Positions 27,763 through 36,428 of a stretch of DNA of 64,000 nucleotides are shown here, piece by piece (the first letter of the stretch is position 1; each line of letters begins with the position of its first letter). The stretch is taken from NCBI GenBank assembly GCA_035286125.1, contig JAYKIS010000053.1:11210-75209 (forward strand), given 5' to 3'. The translations under genes were made by a program, and so were the position numbers. A model generated the notes under the pieces. It saw only the letters and a program-made list of their open reading frames with translations. It did not search any database and had not been told where the DNA came from. This stretch comes from Candidatus Sericytochromatia bacterium (GTDB lineage: Bacteria; Cyanobacteriota; Sericytochromatia; S15B-MN24; VGJW01).

Positions 27763-28308
27763 ATGTCAGGCGGTATCGCAAGAGTCATCCGGTTGGCCGT
27801 TCTGGCCGCATGGGTGGGATTCGGTGCCCTTGCTCCGCGTGCCGACGCCGCCCTGCTTGGCCAGCGCAGCCTGCCCGAGTTTCGGCAACCCCGCCTCGAG
27901 GACGGCCTCGCGTGGGACAGCGCGAACCTGCGCGGGCACGTCGCGCTCGTCATCCTCTGGGCTCCCTGGTGCACGATCTGCATGGCCGAATGGCCTGACC
28001 TCGTGGCCTTGTACCAGCGCCTCTCGCCTTCCGGACTGCGTTGCGTGGCCCTGACCATGGACGCTCCTGCGGACGCGGCGGACAGGAAAGACCTTGCCCA
28101 ACGGCTCGACCTGCCCTTTCCCGTCGTCTCAGGTGATGACGGCCTGCGGCGTCGCTTCCGGGGCGTGCGTGGCTATCCCACGCTGGTGCTGGCCGATCGG
28201 GACGGGACCATCCGTCACCAGTGGGCCGGGCCACCGCCGACCGGAGAGCTCGAGGCAGCCATCCGCAACCTGCTCCGGTCCGATCATGCGGAGGGTCATC
28301 CCGGATGA
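27763..28308 (+). CDS. thiol-disulfide oxidoreductase, TlpA/ResA-like thioredoxin fold
   Basis: Lies in ORF 27583..28308; the start is ATG 27763 (MSGGIARVIRLAVLAAW...). Signal/anchor segment, then VILWAPWCTICMAEWP (WCxxC) and GYPTLVLADRDG. Confidence 0.7.
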   Translation: MSGGIARVIRLAVLAAWVGFGALAPRADAALLGQRSLPEFRQPRLEDGLAWDSANLRGHVALVILWAPWCTICMAEWPDLVALYQRLSPSGLRCVALTMDAPADAADRKDLAQRLDLPFPVVSGDDGLRRRFRGVRGYPTLVLADRDGTIRHQWAGPPPTGELEAAIRNLLRSDHAEGHPG

Positions 28309-29285
28309 ATCTCGAGCGCTGGCTGGCCATCGGCCTGCTCGCCTGCCTGCCGGCCACCCCTGCGCTGGGATGTACCACGTGCGGTTGCGGCCTGCCGGGC
28401 AGCGGGGCCGACGTCGGCTCCATCGCGGGCGCGGGGGCCATGTTCGGCGGCATGGAAAGCTGGCTGCTGCAGACGGGTGTCTCGATCCGCGACATCACGG
28501 GAAGCTTCAATGAGGCGGGCGCCTGGGTGGACAAGCCGGTCGGCAGCACCTTGCGCAGCCTTCAGGTGCAGACCGCCCTGACGTGGTACCCGCGCCAGGG
28601 GCTCGCCTTCTCGATGACGCTGCCGGGGGCCCTGAACCGGCTCGAGGGTGCGCGCTGGGCAGCCTTGGGCAAGGTCGCCCCGCTCGAGGTGAGCGACGAA
28701 GAGACAGGTGAGGCGATTCCGCGGGACAGCCAGGGAGGTGGCCTCGCCGACATCGCGCTGCAGGGCTCCTGGACCGTCCGGGACGGCGAGGGGCTGTGGC
28801 CGGCGGTGGCCATCTGGGGCGGCCTGACCCTGCCGACGGGACGTGCCGCAGGTGCCGCCGCAGACATGACCGGCCTCGGCCTGCCGGCAGGCCAGGCAGG
28901 CGTCGCCATGCTGTGGAGCGACGTGAACTGGTCCCAGAGCCTCAACCTCGCGTGGCAGCAACCGCTCGCACCTCTCGCAGCGGGTCCGATCCCTGTCTTC
29001 TACCTGGGCAGGGCGCTGCTCGGGACGTGGCAGGGCGAGGTGGAGGTCATTCCGGATGGCTGGCTGGGCCTTGGCCTCACGGCTTTTCGGGCCGAGTCGG
29101 ACGTGCCGGGCCTTGCCGACAGCGCCAAGCTGCAAGCCAAGGTCAAGTGCACACCCTCGCTCGAATGGCGCCTCGCGGAAGGCGAGGGCATCCGCCTCGC
29201 CGTGGGTCTCGATCCGGACCTTGGCCTGTCGCGTAACGCCATGACGGATCGCACCATCGGCACGATCTACTACCGCCGGCTCTAG
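28305..29285 (+). CDS. putative outer-membrane beta-barrel protein with N-terminal Cys cluster
   Basis: Lies in ORF 28221..29285. The start is ATG 28305 (MNLERWLAIGLLACLPATPALGCTTCGCGLPG), an ATGA overlap with the thioredoxin gene. The body shows alternating beta-strand-like segments. No family was recognised with confidence. Confidence 0.4.
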   Translation: MNLERWLAIGLLACLPATPALGCTTCGCGLPGSGADVGSIAGAGAMFGGMESWLLQTGVSIRDITGSFNEAGAWVDKPVGSTLRSLQVQTALTWYPRQGLAFSMTLPGALNRLEGARWAALGKVAPLEVSDEETGEAIPRDSQGGGLADIALQGSWTVRDGEGLWPAVAIWGGLTLPTGRAAGAAADMTGLGLPAGQAGVAMLWSDVNWSQSLNLAWQQPLAPLAAGPIPVFYLGRALLGTWQGEVEVIPDGWLGLGLTAFRAESDVPGLADSAKLQAKVKCTPSLEWRLAEGEGIRLAVGLDPDLGLSRNAMTDRTIGTIYYRRL

Positions 29286-31246
29286 CGGGAGTCGGACCCG
29301 AACGATCGGACCTCGTCGAGGTCGCGGACCGTCGGGCAATCCGGAAGGGCCTTGAGGATGCTGGCACCATACGACTTGGTCAGCAAGCGGTTGTCGAGGA
29401 TGGCCACGAGGCCGCGATCCGTGCCCGTGCGGATCAGCCGGCCGAAGCCCTGTTTCAGGCGGATGATCGCCTCGGGCAAGGTGTACTCGCTGAACCAGTC
29501 CCGGCCCCGGGCCTTGAGCTGGTCGACACGTGCCTGCACGACCGGATCATCCGGAACCGAGAAAGGCAACCTGTCGATGATGACGCAGGACAAGGCATCA
29601 CCTGGGACATCGACACCTTCCCAGAAGCTCGCCGTGGCGAACAGGACGGCATGAGGCGTCTGCCGGAACCAGTCCAGCAGCACGGTTCTGGGTGCATCAC
29701 CCTGCTGGCGGGCGGGAAAGGGCAGGTCCGGCTCCAGCGTCCTGTAGGCCGCCCGCATCGCGCGATGCGATGTGAACAGCACGAAAGCCCTGCCCTGCGA
29801 GAACATCAGGATCTCCCGTATGGCCCGGCGGGCATCCTCGGCAAAGCCGGGCTCATTGGGCTGGGGCAGCAGTCTCGGGACATAGAGCGTCGCCTGGCGG
29901 CGGTAATCGAACGGACTCGCGACCGCAAGCTCCACGGGGTCGGGGATCGCCAACTGACGCCGGAAATACGAAAAATCCCCATCGACGGCCAAGGTTGCCG
30001 ATGTCAGGATGGCGGGGCGCTTGCTCCACAAGTCCCGGGCAAGCGTACTGCCGGTCTCGAGCGGTGCGCTCTTGAGGTCGAACGTGCCCCGGTGCCGGTC
30101 CAGCTCGACCCACGCCACCCGATCCCCACCCGGGTCCGCCTCCCGGGCGAAATGCTCCCAGCGACGCATCAACCCATCGAGTTGCATCCGGCAACGCTCC
30201 CGGTGCAAGGGCGCCTTGTGGGCCAGATCCGGCAGCAGGCCATCGGGCGCAGGCTCGGACTTCAACCAGTGGCGCAGCTCGGCCAGCTGCTCGAGGATGC
30301 CCTCGGCCACATCCAGGAATCGACCGTCCGGGAAGAGCCTGAACGACGTGCGACCCTGCTGCTGGGCAGCAAGGGGCGAAGGGGGCATCGGCCCGCCCTC
30401 GGCTGCTGAAAGCAGGCACTCGAAGAGCGTCGCCTCGAGGCTGATCAGGTGCCGCGCGATACCTTCCGGGACCGGGGCGACCCGACGACGGATCTTCTGG
30501 AGCAGCGAGAGCTGGCTGTAGCGACCGATGGTGGCGAGATAGGCCTGCGTGGCAACGGCAGGCAGGTGATGCGCCTCGTCGAAGACCACGGCCCTGTGCG
30601 CGGGCAGCAACTGCCCCCCCAGCGCGACGTCGGCCATGTAGAAGGCATGGTTGGTGACGATCAGGTGAGCCTCGGCCATGCGTTGCCGTTGCACGCGCAT
30701 CGGATTCCGGTCGTGGAATTCGCACCGTGGCCCGAGGCAGTCCTCGGTAGTCTGGCCCAGTTCGGACCACAGGTCATCTGGAATGCGCACGTCAAGGCTG
30801 GCGACGTCCATATCCCAGTCCGTCAGGCGCGCACGCAGGTCCTCAAAGGCCGGCCGCCTGCCATCGGTGACAGGCAGGAGCCGGTCCAGCTCCCAGAATT
30901 TCTGCTGGCAGAGGTAATGGTTGCGTCCCTTGGCCAGCACCACGGGAATAGGGCGCCCGAGGGCCCGCTCCAGGAAAGGAAGGTCCTTGCGCAGCAGTTG
31001 TTCCTGCAGTGCGATGGAGGCCGTCGAGACCACGACCGGGCCCTCGCCCAGCAGCAGCGGGACCAGGTAGGCGAAGGACTTGCCGCAACCCGTGCCCGCC
31101 TCGATCAGGGCGTGACGCTGCAGGCGCAGGGCATCGTCGATGGTGGCCGCCATCAGCTCCTGAGCCGCCCTGGGCTCATGGCCGGGCAGTTGGCCGACGA
31201 TACGCCGGAAGCTGTCCTCGAAGCTCATCGTCACCTGGCACCGCAT
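29282..31246 (-). CDS. dinG: ATP-dependent DNA helicase, DinG/Rad3-like
   Basis: 654 aa; an alternative start lies at 31228. AGTGCGKSFAYLVP (Walker A), VFDEAHHL (DEAH box) and a C-terminal helicase domain (FWEGVDVPG, IIDRLPF). Confidence 0.8.
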   Translation of the reverse strand: MRCQVTMSFEDSFRRIVGQLPGHEPRAAQELMAATIDDALRLQRHALIEAGTGCGKSFAYLVPLLLGEGPVVVSTASIALQEQLLRKDLPFLERALGRPIPVVLAKGRNHYLCQQKFWELDRLLPVTDGRRPAFEDLRARLTDWDMDVASLDVRIPDDLWSELGQTTEDCLGPRCEFHDRNPMRVQRQRMAEAHLIVTNHAFYMADVALGGQLLPAHRAVVFDEAHHLPAVATQAYLATIGRYSQLSLLQKIRRRVAPVPEGIARHLISLEATLFECLLSAAEGGPMPPSPLAAQQQGRTSFRLFPDGRFLDVAEGILEQLAELRHWLKSEPAPDGLLPDLAHKAPLHRERCRMQLDGLMRRWEHFAREADPGGDRVAWVELDRHRGTFDLKSAPLETGSTLARDLWSKRPAILTSATLAVDGDFSYFRRQLAIPDPVELAVASPFDYRRQATLYVPRLLPQPNEPGFAEDARRAIREILMFSQGRAFVLFTSHRAMRAAYRTLEPDLPFPARQQGDAPRTVLLDWFRQTPHAVLFATASFWEGVDVPGDALSCVIIDRLPFSVPDDPVVQARVDQLKARGRDWFSEYTLPEAIIRLKQGFGRLIRTGTDRGLVAILDNRLLTKSYGASILKALPDCPTVRDLDEVRSFGSDSR

Positions 31247-32252
31247 CCAGCGTCAGTATGACACGTTCCCGCTGATCCCCCCGGGCAACCTCGGCCTCGA
31301 CGCGTTCCCCGGGCAGGGCGCACAGCAGGCAGCGGCCGATATCACCCGGGTTTAGCACCCTGCGACCTCCAAGGCGCAACAGGCAGTCTCCCGACCGCAT
31401 GCCCGCACGCGCCACGGCTCCCCCCGGTACCGCCTCGACGAGCAGGACTCCGTCCCGACCGGGCTGGTGCCACGGACGCTCCTCGCTGCGCCCGGCCCAC
31501 GTCGCGGACAACTGGCCCCGGATGATGGGCTTGCCGGCCAGCAGCCGAGGCAGGACCCAGCGGGCAATCCGGGCCGGCACGGCAAAGCCGATTCCGGGCA
31601 TCTGGCGCGCGACGGCAGCATTGACGCCCACGACCCGGCCCTCCGTGTCCAGCAGGGGGCCGCCCGAGGAGCCCGGCTGCAGGCAGGCATCCGTCTGGAT
31701 GAAATCGATCTGGTCAGCGATCGGCAGGCCGCGATCCAGAGCGCTGACGATACCTCGCGTGACCGTGCCCTCGAGCCCGAGGGGATGCCCGATGGCCAAT
31801 ACCGCATCTCCCACGGCCAGGCGATCATCATCCGCCAGCAGCAGGCCCCGGGATGCCGCCCAGCCCTCCACGGCGATCAGCGCCAGATCCGAGGCCCGGT
31901 CGAGGCCCACGATGCGGCCCGGGGCCACCTGCCCGTCATGCGTCCGCACCCGCAGGCGCAAGGCATCCTGGACCACGTGGGCACTGGAGACGACCCAGCC
32001 CTCGGGTCCTATCCGGAAACCCGCGCCCCGCCCGGTCCCACCGCCCGATTCTCCGGGCATGGCCGGCAAGATACCCTCCAGAGGGCCGGAGGGTCGGTCC
32101 TGGGTCTCGATGGAGACGACCTGGCGTCTTGCGGCCTCGAGCCACTCGGGAACCTGAGCGGCATCGGCTGCCGGCAACGACCAGGACGGCCCCGCAAGGA
32201 CCCCGGCAACAATCAGGCCGAGGGCCCGGACAGGCAGGCTTGTCTTGCGCAT
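31176..32252 (-). CDS. trypsin-like serine protease with C-terminal PDZ domain (HtrA/DegP family)
   Basis: Lies in ORF 31176..32309. The likely start is ATG 32252 (MRKTSLPVRALGLIVAG...). Triad contexts are SSAHVV, SDLALIAV and GSSGGPLL. The PDZ domain contains AGMRSGDCLLRLGG. Confidence 0.8.
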   Translation of the reverse strand: MRKTSLPVRALGLIVAGVLAGPSWSLPAADAAQVPEWLEAARRQVVSIETQDRPSGPLEGILPAMPGESGGGTGRGAGFRIGPEGWVVSSAHVVQDALRLRVRTHDGQVAPGRIVGLDRASDLALIAVEGWAASRGLLLADDDRLAVGDAVLAIGHPLGLEGTVTRGIVSALDRGLPIADQIDFIQTDACLQPGSSGGPLLDTEGRVVGVNAAVARQMPGIGFAVPARIARWVLPRLLAGKPIIRGQLSATWAGRSEERPWHQPGRDGVLLVEAVPGGAVARAGMRSGDCLLRLGGRRVLNPGDIGRCLLCALPGERVEAEVARGDQRERVILTLDAVPGDDELRGQLPAYRRPTARP

Positions 32253-32505
32253 GTCCGAAGCATGGCGGCCCGCAGCCCGTGGGGCTTGCCCAGGGGAACC
32301 GAAGATCATCGGTCACCCCCGGGACCCGAGAGCCGGACGGGGAACCCGCGGCACCCGTTCACATCCGCGTACCGTTGCTCCCTTCCGGGCCTGGCGGGGT
32401 TGGCGGCGGAACGCCGCGCGGGGCCGTCCGGCCCCGGATCACGAGGAATTCCATCTTACGCCATGCACGCATGGCCCACAAGACGGAATGCTAGAATCGA
32501 GGCCG

Positions 32506-33204
32506 ATGCTGGATCGGGTGCGCGACCTCGCGGGCTTCCTCAGGGAAAGTCCCCTCTTCACCGATCTCGACGCCGAAGAACTGCAAGCCCTGATCGGCAT
32601 TGCCCGCAAGCGTGATCTGGCCAAGAACGCCATCATCTTCTACGAGGCGGATCCCGGTACCAGTTGTGGTGTCCTGCTCACGGGCAAGGTCAAGATCGTC
32701 GTGAACTCGACCCACGACGGCCGCGAGCACATTCTCGGCTTCCTCGGCCCCGGCGACGTCTTCGGCGAGATGTCCCTCATCGACGGCGAACCCCGCAGCG
32801 CCACGGCCGTAGCCGTCGAGGCCTCGGAAATTCTGATGGTGCCCCGCGAGGAGTTCCTTTCCCTGCTCAACAGGCAACCGGGCATCGCCCCCAAGTTGTT
32901 GCTGGTGCTCTCTCGCCGGTTGCGCCAGACCGACAGGCACGTCGAGAGCCTGGCCTTCCTGTCGGCGCCGGGCCGGGTCGCGCGGTTGCTGCTCGAGATG
33001 TCGCGCGAGGCGACCCCGAGCAAGCAGGAGGACGGCGGCTTCGAGACCCGCATGACCCGGCAGGAGATGGCCAACCGCACGGGCACGTCCCGCGAGACGC
33101 TGACCCGGGTCCTGATGGATTATCAGGACCGCGGCCTGATCCGGATCGACCGCCAGCGCTTCATCGTCCGCGACGAGGAACGCCTTCGTGCCCTCGTCGT
33201 CTAG
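32506..33204 (+). CDS. Crp/Fnr-family transcriptional regulator (cNMP-binding domain plus HTH)
   Basis: Lies in ORF 32245..33204; the likely start is ATG 32506 (an alternative is 32488). FGEMSLIDGEPRSATAVA and the HTH TRQEMANRTGTSRETLTRVLMDY. Confidence 0.8.
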   Translation: MLDRVRDLAGFLRESPLFTDLDAEELQALIGIARKRDLAKNAIIFYEADPGTSCGVLLTGKVKIVVNSTHDGREHILGFLGPGDVFGEMSLIDGEPRSATAVAVEASEILMVPREEFLSLLNRQPGIAPKLLLVLSRRLRQTDRHVESLAFLSAPGRVARLLLEMSREATPSKQEDGGFETRMTRQEMANRTGTSRETLTRVLMDYQDRGLIRIDRQRFIVRDEERLRALVV

Positions 33205-33934
33205 AGTCCTGCGCTTCCCGGCGGCGGTCGCAGCCGCTGGCGCCACCCTTGCCGGCTGCCCTCAGGTTCCGGGCACGGGTGAGGGCCTGATGCCGCTTGC
33301 CGCCGTCGCCATCACGGGATCGACCGGCTCCCGGGTTGAGCTGGCGTGGGGCGAAGTGCCGACCATCCCGAGGTACGAGGTCGTGCGGGTCGAGGGCAGC
33401 CGCATCCGGGTCCTGGGTGCCGGCCCGGCACGGACGTGGACGGACCGCGACGGGGTCGTTCCGGGCACGACCCTGATCTACGTCATCCGGGCCCTGGATG
33501 GCGCCAATGCCGAGCGCTGGCGATCGACGTCACCGGGCTTGCGTCCTGCCACCGAGTCCCTGCCGCTGCCGTCCGGACTCACGGTTTCGGGCACATCGAC
33601 CACCCCCGAGGTCCTGAACCTTTCCCGCAAAGGCACGCTTTCGTGGCAGGCCGTACCGGACGCCGCGGTCTACCGCGTGGCGATTTCGGACGCGGCCGGA
33701 GCCGTATTGCTCGAGGACCTCGTGGCAGGAACGCACTGGCCCGCGACGGAATCCGTCACGGCTCCGGACCATTGGCCTGTCTATCGCCCTCGCGGGGAAC
33801 GCGCCAACCTGCCTGCGGGTACCGGCCTTGTCCTGACGCTCACGGCACTGGCCCCGGCCCACGGGGAAAGCCTGGCTGTTGCGCGCGCGCTCAAGACCAG
33901 CGAAGCGACCCGCGACCTGCGCCTGATCGATTGA
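33188..33934 (+). CDS. lipoprotein with fibronectin-type-III-like repeats
   Basis: 248 aa with a GTG start overlapping the crp-like stop. Lipobox-like TLAGC, then two segments with FN3-like patterns (VELAWGEVPTIPRYEVVR; LSWQAVPDAAVYRVAI). Confidence 0.45.
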   Translation: MPSSSRVLRFPAAVAAAGATLAGCPQVPGTGEGLMPLAAVAITGSTGSRVELAWGEVPTIPRYEVVRVEGSRIRVLGAGPARTWTDRDGVVPGTTLIYVIRALDGANAERWRSTSPGLRPATESLPLPSGLTVSGTSTTPEVLNLSRKGTLSWQAVPDAAVYRVAISDAAGAVLLEDLVAGTHWPATESVTAPDHWPVYRPRGERANLPAGTGLVLTLTALAPAHGESLAVARALKTSEATRDLRLID

Positions 33935-33953
33935 CGTCTCTCCGGCGTTACTG

Positions 33954-33972
33954 TCGAACATAATATCGAACA
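33954..33972. repeat. direct repeat TCGAACA-N5-TCGAACA in the long intergenic region
   Basis: Read directly from ctgtcgaacataatatcgaacaccc. A candidate regulator-binding element; its function is unknown. Confidence 0.25.
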
Positions 33973-34066
33973 CCCAAGTCCCGGGACCCGCTCCCTGCGG
34001 GCATTTGGGAGTCTTTACAAAGCTTTACGATTGACACAAAATAAACAGTGTCGTCGATGCATCCAG

Positions 34067-34096
34067 CCACGGAGGGCGTGGCGCCGCCCTCCGTGG
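34067..34096. other. perfect 12-bp hairpin (ccacggagggcg-tggcgc-cgccctccgtgg) in the intergenic region
   Basis: Read directly. No flanking T-run. It could be a terminator for the upstream lipoprotein gene, an RNA structural element or a protein-binding palindrome. Confidence 0.4.
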
Positions 34097-34172
34097 CAAC
34101 AAACCGTTCACACTGCAACCTTCGCAACGACACACGGAAGCATCACGCTGATTCCGGTACTGTATTTCATCC

Positions 34173-34203
34173 TTGACAGCGCAACATTGTCGTTTGCTAC
34201 ACT
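34173..34203 (+). promoter_or_regulatory. candidate sigma-70-type promoter for the second crp/fnr-like gene
   Basis: TTGACA (34173-34178) and TGcTACACT (-10 hexamer at 34198-34203) with a long 19-nt spacer. Two further TTGACA hexamers at 34031 and 34223 have no convincing -10 element. Confidence 0.3.
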
Positions 34204-34276
34204 CGCTCACATAGACGACTTGTTGACATACCAGCAACGTTTCTGTCCCGCCCCACCCCACCAAAGGAAGCTCGCC

Positions 34277-34999
34277 GTGCCGCCCAAGGAGCCCCGGTTC
34301 ATCCCCTCGACGCCCGCCCAGAGCCTCGCCTTCCTGCAGAAGGTCAGCATCTTCTCCCACGTGGCCCCCGACGCCCTGGAGCGGATTGCCTCCATCGTCT
34401 CCGAGCGCGTGCACCCGAAGCGCAGCATCATCTTCCACGAGGGCGACGAGGGCGACACGTTGTACATCATCCGCAGTGGCCGGGTGAAGATCTCCAAGAT
34501 CACCGAGGACGGCCGGGAGAAGACCCTCGCCATCATGCAACCCGGCGCCTTCTTCGGCGAAATGGCCATCTTCGACGAGATGCCCCGCTCGGCTACGGCC
34601 GAAGTCCTCGACGAGCCCGTCGTCGCCCTGACGATCAGCAAGCGCGACTTCGAACGTGTCGTCCTCGAGACGCCGCGCATCGCCCTGCAGTTGCTGCGGG
34701 ACCTGACCCGGCGCATTCGTCAGGTCAACCAGCAAGTCGAGGACCTGGCCTTCAAGGATGTCCACGAGCGCGTCGCCTCGACGCTCTGCAGCCTCTCCCG
34801 GGTGGAAGGCCGCCTGCTGGGGGGCAACCGCATCCTGATCAACCTCAAGATGACGCACCAGGATCTGGCCAACATGGTGGGTTCGAGCCGTGAGACCGTG
34901 ACCCGTGCCCTGAACCGCCTGCAGGATCAGGACATCATCTCGATCGCGCACCAGCAGATCACCATCCACAAGCCCGAGGTCCTGGCGGCCTGGGCCTGA
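34277..34999 (+). CDS. Crp/Fnr-family transcriptional regulator (second paralog)
   Basis: Lies in ORF 34031..34999. The likely start is GTG 34277 after AAGGAAG. FFGEMAIFDEMPRSATAEV and the HTH THQDLANMVGSSRETVTRALNRL. Confidence 0.8.
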   Translation: MPPKEPRFIPSTPAQSLAFLQKVSIFSHVAPDALERIASIVSERVHPKRSIIFHEGDEGDTLYIIRSGRVKISKITEDGREKTLAIMQPGAFFGEMAIFDEMPRSATAEVLDEPVVALTISKRDFERVVLETPRIALQLLRDLTRRIRQVNQQVEDLAFKDVHERVASTLCSLSRVEGRLLGGNRILINLKMTHQDLANMVGSSRETVTRALNRLQDQDIISIAHQQITIHKPEVLAAWA

Positions 35000-35017
35000 A
35001 ATCCGAAGGCATCGAGG

Positions 35018-35042
35018 GCCGTCCCCCCCGTGGGGGGACGGC
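35018..35042. terminator. GC-rich hairpin between convergent crp-like and ompH-like genes
   Basis: gccgtcccccc-cgt-ggggggacggc, an 11-bp stem, located 19 nt after the crp-like stop and 10 nt after the ompH-like stop. Confidence 0.5.
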
Positions 35043-35051
35043 TCTCCGGCC

Positions 35052-35711
35052 TCAGGGGGAGGCGGGGGGCGTCACCGGCAGCGCCGGGGCCGAAGGCGTG
35101 GCACCCAGCAGGCGCAGCATCTCGGCCGTCAGGTCCACGGCACCGTAGAACGCATGACGTCCGTCGATGACACCTTCGAGCCGACGCCGGCGTGCGAGAT
35201 CCGCCATCACGGTGCGGATGCGCACGACCTCCTGCTCGAGCCCCCTGCGCGCCTCGTCCAGGGCCTCGCGCCGCGCGCTCATCCGGCTGCCGACCTCGTC
35301 TGCCATCGCATACTTGCGGTCATCGAGAGCCTCGCGATCGGCGAAGGCCTTCTGGCGCACGGCCGGGTCCGCCGTGGCCTCGGCGGAAACAGAGGCCAAG
35401 CGCAAATCCGCAGAGGCAACCTCCGCATCGATGGCAGCAATCTGGCGTTGGCCGTCGCGCAGTTCCTGATCGTACCGAAACTGCTCGGCCTCGATGCGCT
35501 GCCGGGCGACCTGAAGGCCGGGCGCCTCGGCCTGGAGCCGGGCCGAATCGACGAAACCGAAGCGCGTCCGCACCGCGCCGTCCTCAGGGGCCGCGGCCCT
35601 GGGCGGCGATGGGGCCTTCCGTGCAGGGGCCGCGCCAGCCGGGGCAACAGCCACCAGGGCCACGATGGCCGCGAGGGTCGCCGGCCGCACGATCGTCCTC
35701 GACACCTTCAC
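35052..35711 (-). CDS. OmpH/Skp-like periplasmic chaperone
   Basis: 219 aa. Signal peptide followed by a long coiled-coil-like region rich in A/R/E/Q (FGFVDSARLQAEAPGLQVARQRIEAEQFRYDQELRDGQRQI). The assignment is based on pattern only. Confidence 0.5.
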   Translation of the reverse strand: MKVSRTIVRPATLAAIVALVAVAPAGAAPARKAPSPPRAAAPEDGAVRTRFGFVDSARLQAEAPGLQVARQRIEAEQFRYDQELRDGQRQIAAIDAEVASADLRLASVSAEATADPAVRQKAFADREALDDRKYAMADEVGSRMSARREALDEARRGLEQEVVRIRTVMADLARRRRLEGVIDGRHAFYGAVDLTAEMLRLLGATPSAPALPVTPPASP

Positions 35712-35761
35712 ACGTCACCTCATCACGGACAGATTCCGGCCCCAGAATAGCACCCACAGGT

Positions 35762-36409
35762 ATGATGATCCGGTCGATGCCCCCACTACCGGACCTGGAC
35801 CGCCTGCTGCCGCTCGATGCCCCAGCGGGCATGGCCCAACGGGAAGCCGCAGTCTGCGTCCCCGTCACCCCGGGTACCGCCGGTGGAGGCACCTTGATCC
35901 TGCGCCGGACGATGCAGGTGCCCACCCACAAGGGTGAATACTGCTTTCCGGGTGGGGGATGGGCCCCGGGCGACAGGGACCTCGTCGCGACGGCCGTTCG
36001 CGAGATTGGCGAGGAGATTGGCCTTCCGGAGGCCCAGGTCCGCCCCCTGGGATTGCTTCCGGCGGTCGACACGCTCTACGGCGTCCGGGTGCAGCCGGTC
36101 GTGGCCGAAATCGAGATCCTGGAAGCGCCTGTGCCTGATGGCCGCGAAGTCGACTTGATCCTAGCGTGGCCCTGGACCCTTCTCGCCGCATCTGGCGTCC
36201 GGCAATGGCTGCCGCTGCACCGACTCAAGCCCGAGACCCGCGCGCACGGGCTACCCGACAGGGTTCTGCCCGCCTACGTCGTGGGGCCGCACGTGGTCTG
36301 GGGCCTGACGGCACACATCCTCGACATGCTGCTGGGCCTCGAGGGAGAGGGTCCTCCCCTCCCATGGCCAGCCCGGTCCATGCCACCATGGGACCCGTCC
36401 ACGTCGTAA
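35762..36409 (+). CDS. NUDIX hydrolase, CoA pyrophosphatase-like
   Basis: Lies in ORF 35192..36409; the start is ATG 35762. THKGEYCFPGGG and the Nudix box GDRDLVATAVREIGEEIGL. Confidence 0.75.
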   Translation: MMIRSMPPLPDLDRLLPLDAPAGMAQREAAVCVPVTPGTAGGGTLILRRTMQVPTHKGEYCFPGGGWAPGDRDLVATAVREIGEEIGLPEAQVRPLGLLPAVDTLYGVRVQPVVAEIEILEAPVPDGREVDLILAWPWTLLAASGVRQWLPLHRLKPETRAHGLPDRVLPAYVVGPHVVWGLTAHILDMLLGLEGEGPPLPWPARSMPPWDPSTS

Positions 36410-36428
36410 ACCTGCCGAGGCCTCGAAC

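Noticed and set aside
34057-34173. 38-aa plus-strand ORF (MHPATEGVAPPSVATNRSHCNLRNDTRKHHADSGTVFHP) and the 61-aa minus-strand ORF 33948..34133 in the long intergenic region
   Set aside because: Neither has a Shine-Dalgarno sequence or a recognisable motif. The first spans the perfect hairpin, which more likely acts at the nucleic-acid level. Both are treated as non-coding unless expression data say otherwise.
34031-34276. N-terminal extensions of many track ORFs. Examples are 34031 for crp2, 35192 for the NUDIX gene, 41096 for the AKR, 27583 and 28221 for tlpA and the OMP, 14962..15984 for flgH, 57027..58277, 61488..63722, 45694..47544 and 5324 for pucR.
   Set aside because: The extensions are R/P/G-rich and overlap upstream genes or intergenic signals. 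Internal starts are preceded by Shine-Dalgarno-like sequences, or overlap the upstream stop, and give N-termini that match the family (signal peptides, conserved first motifs).
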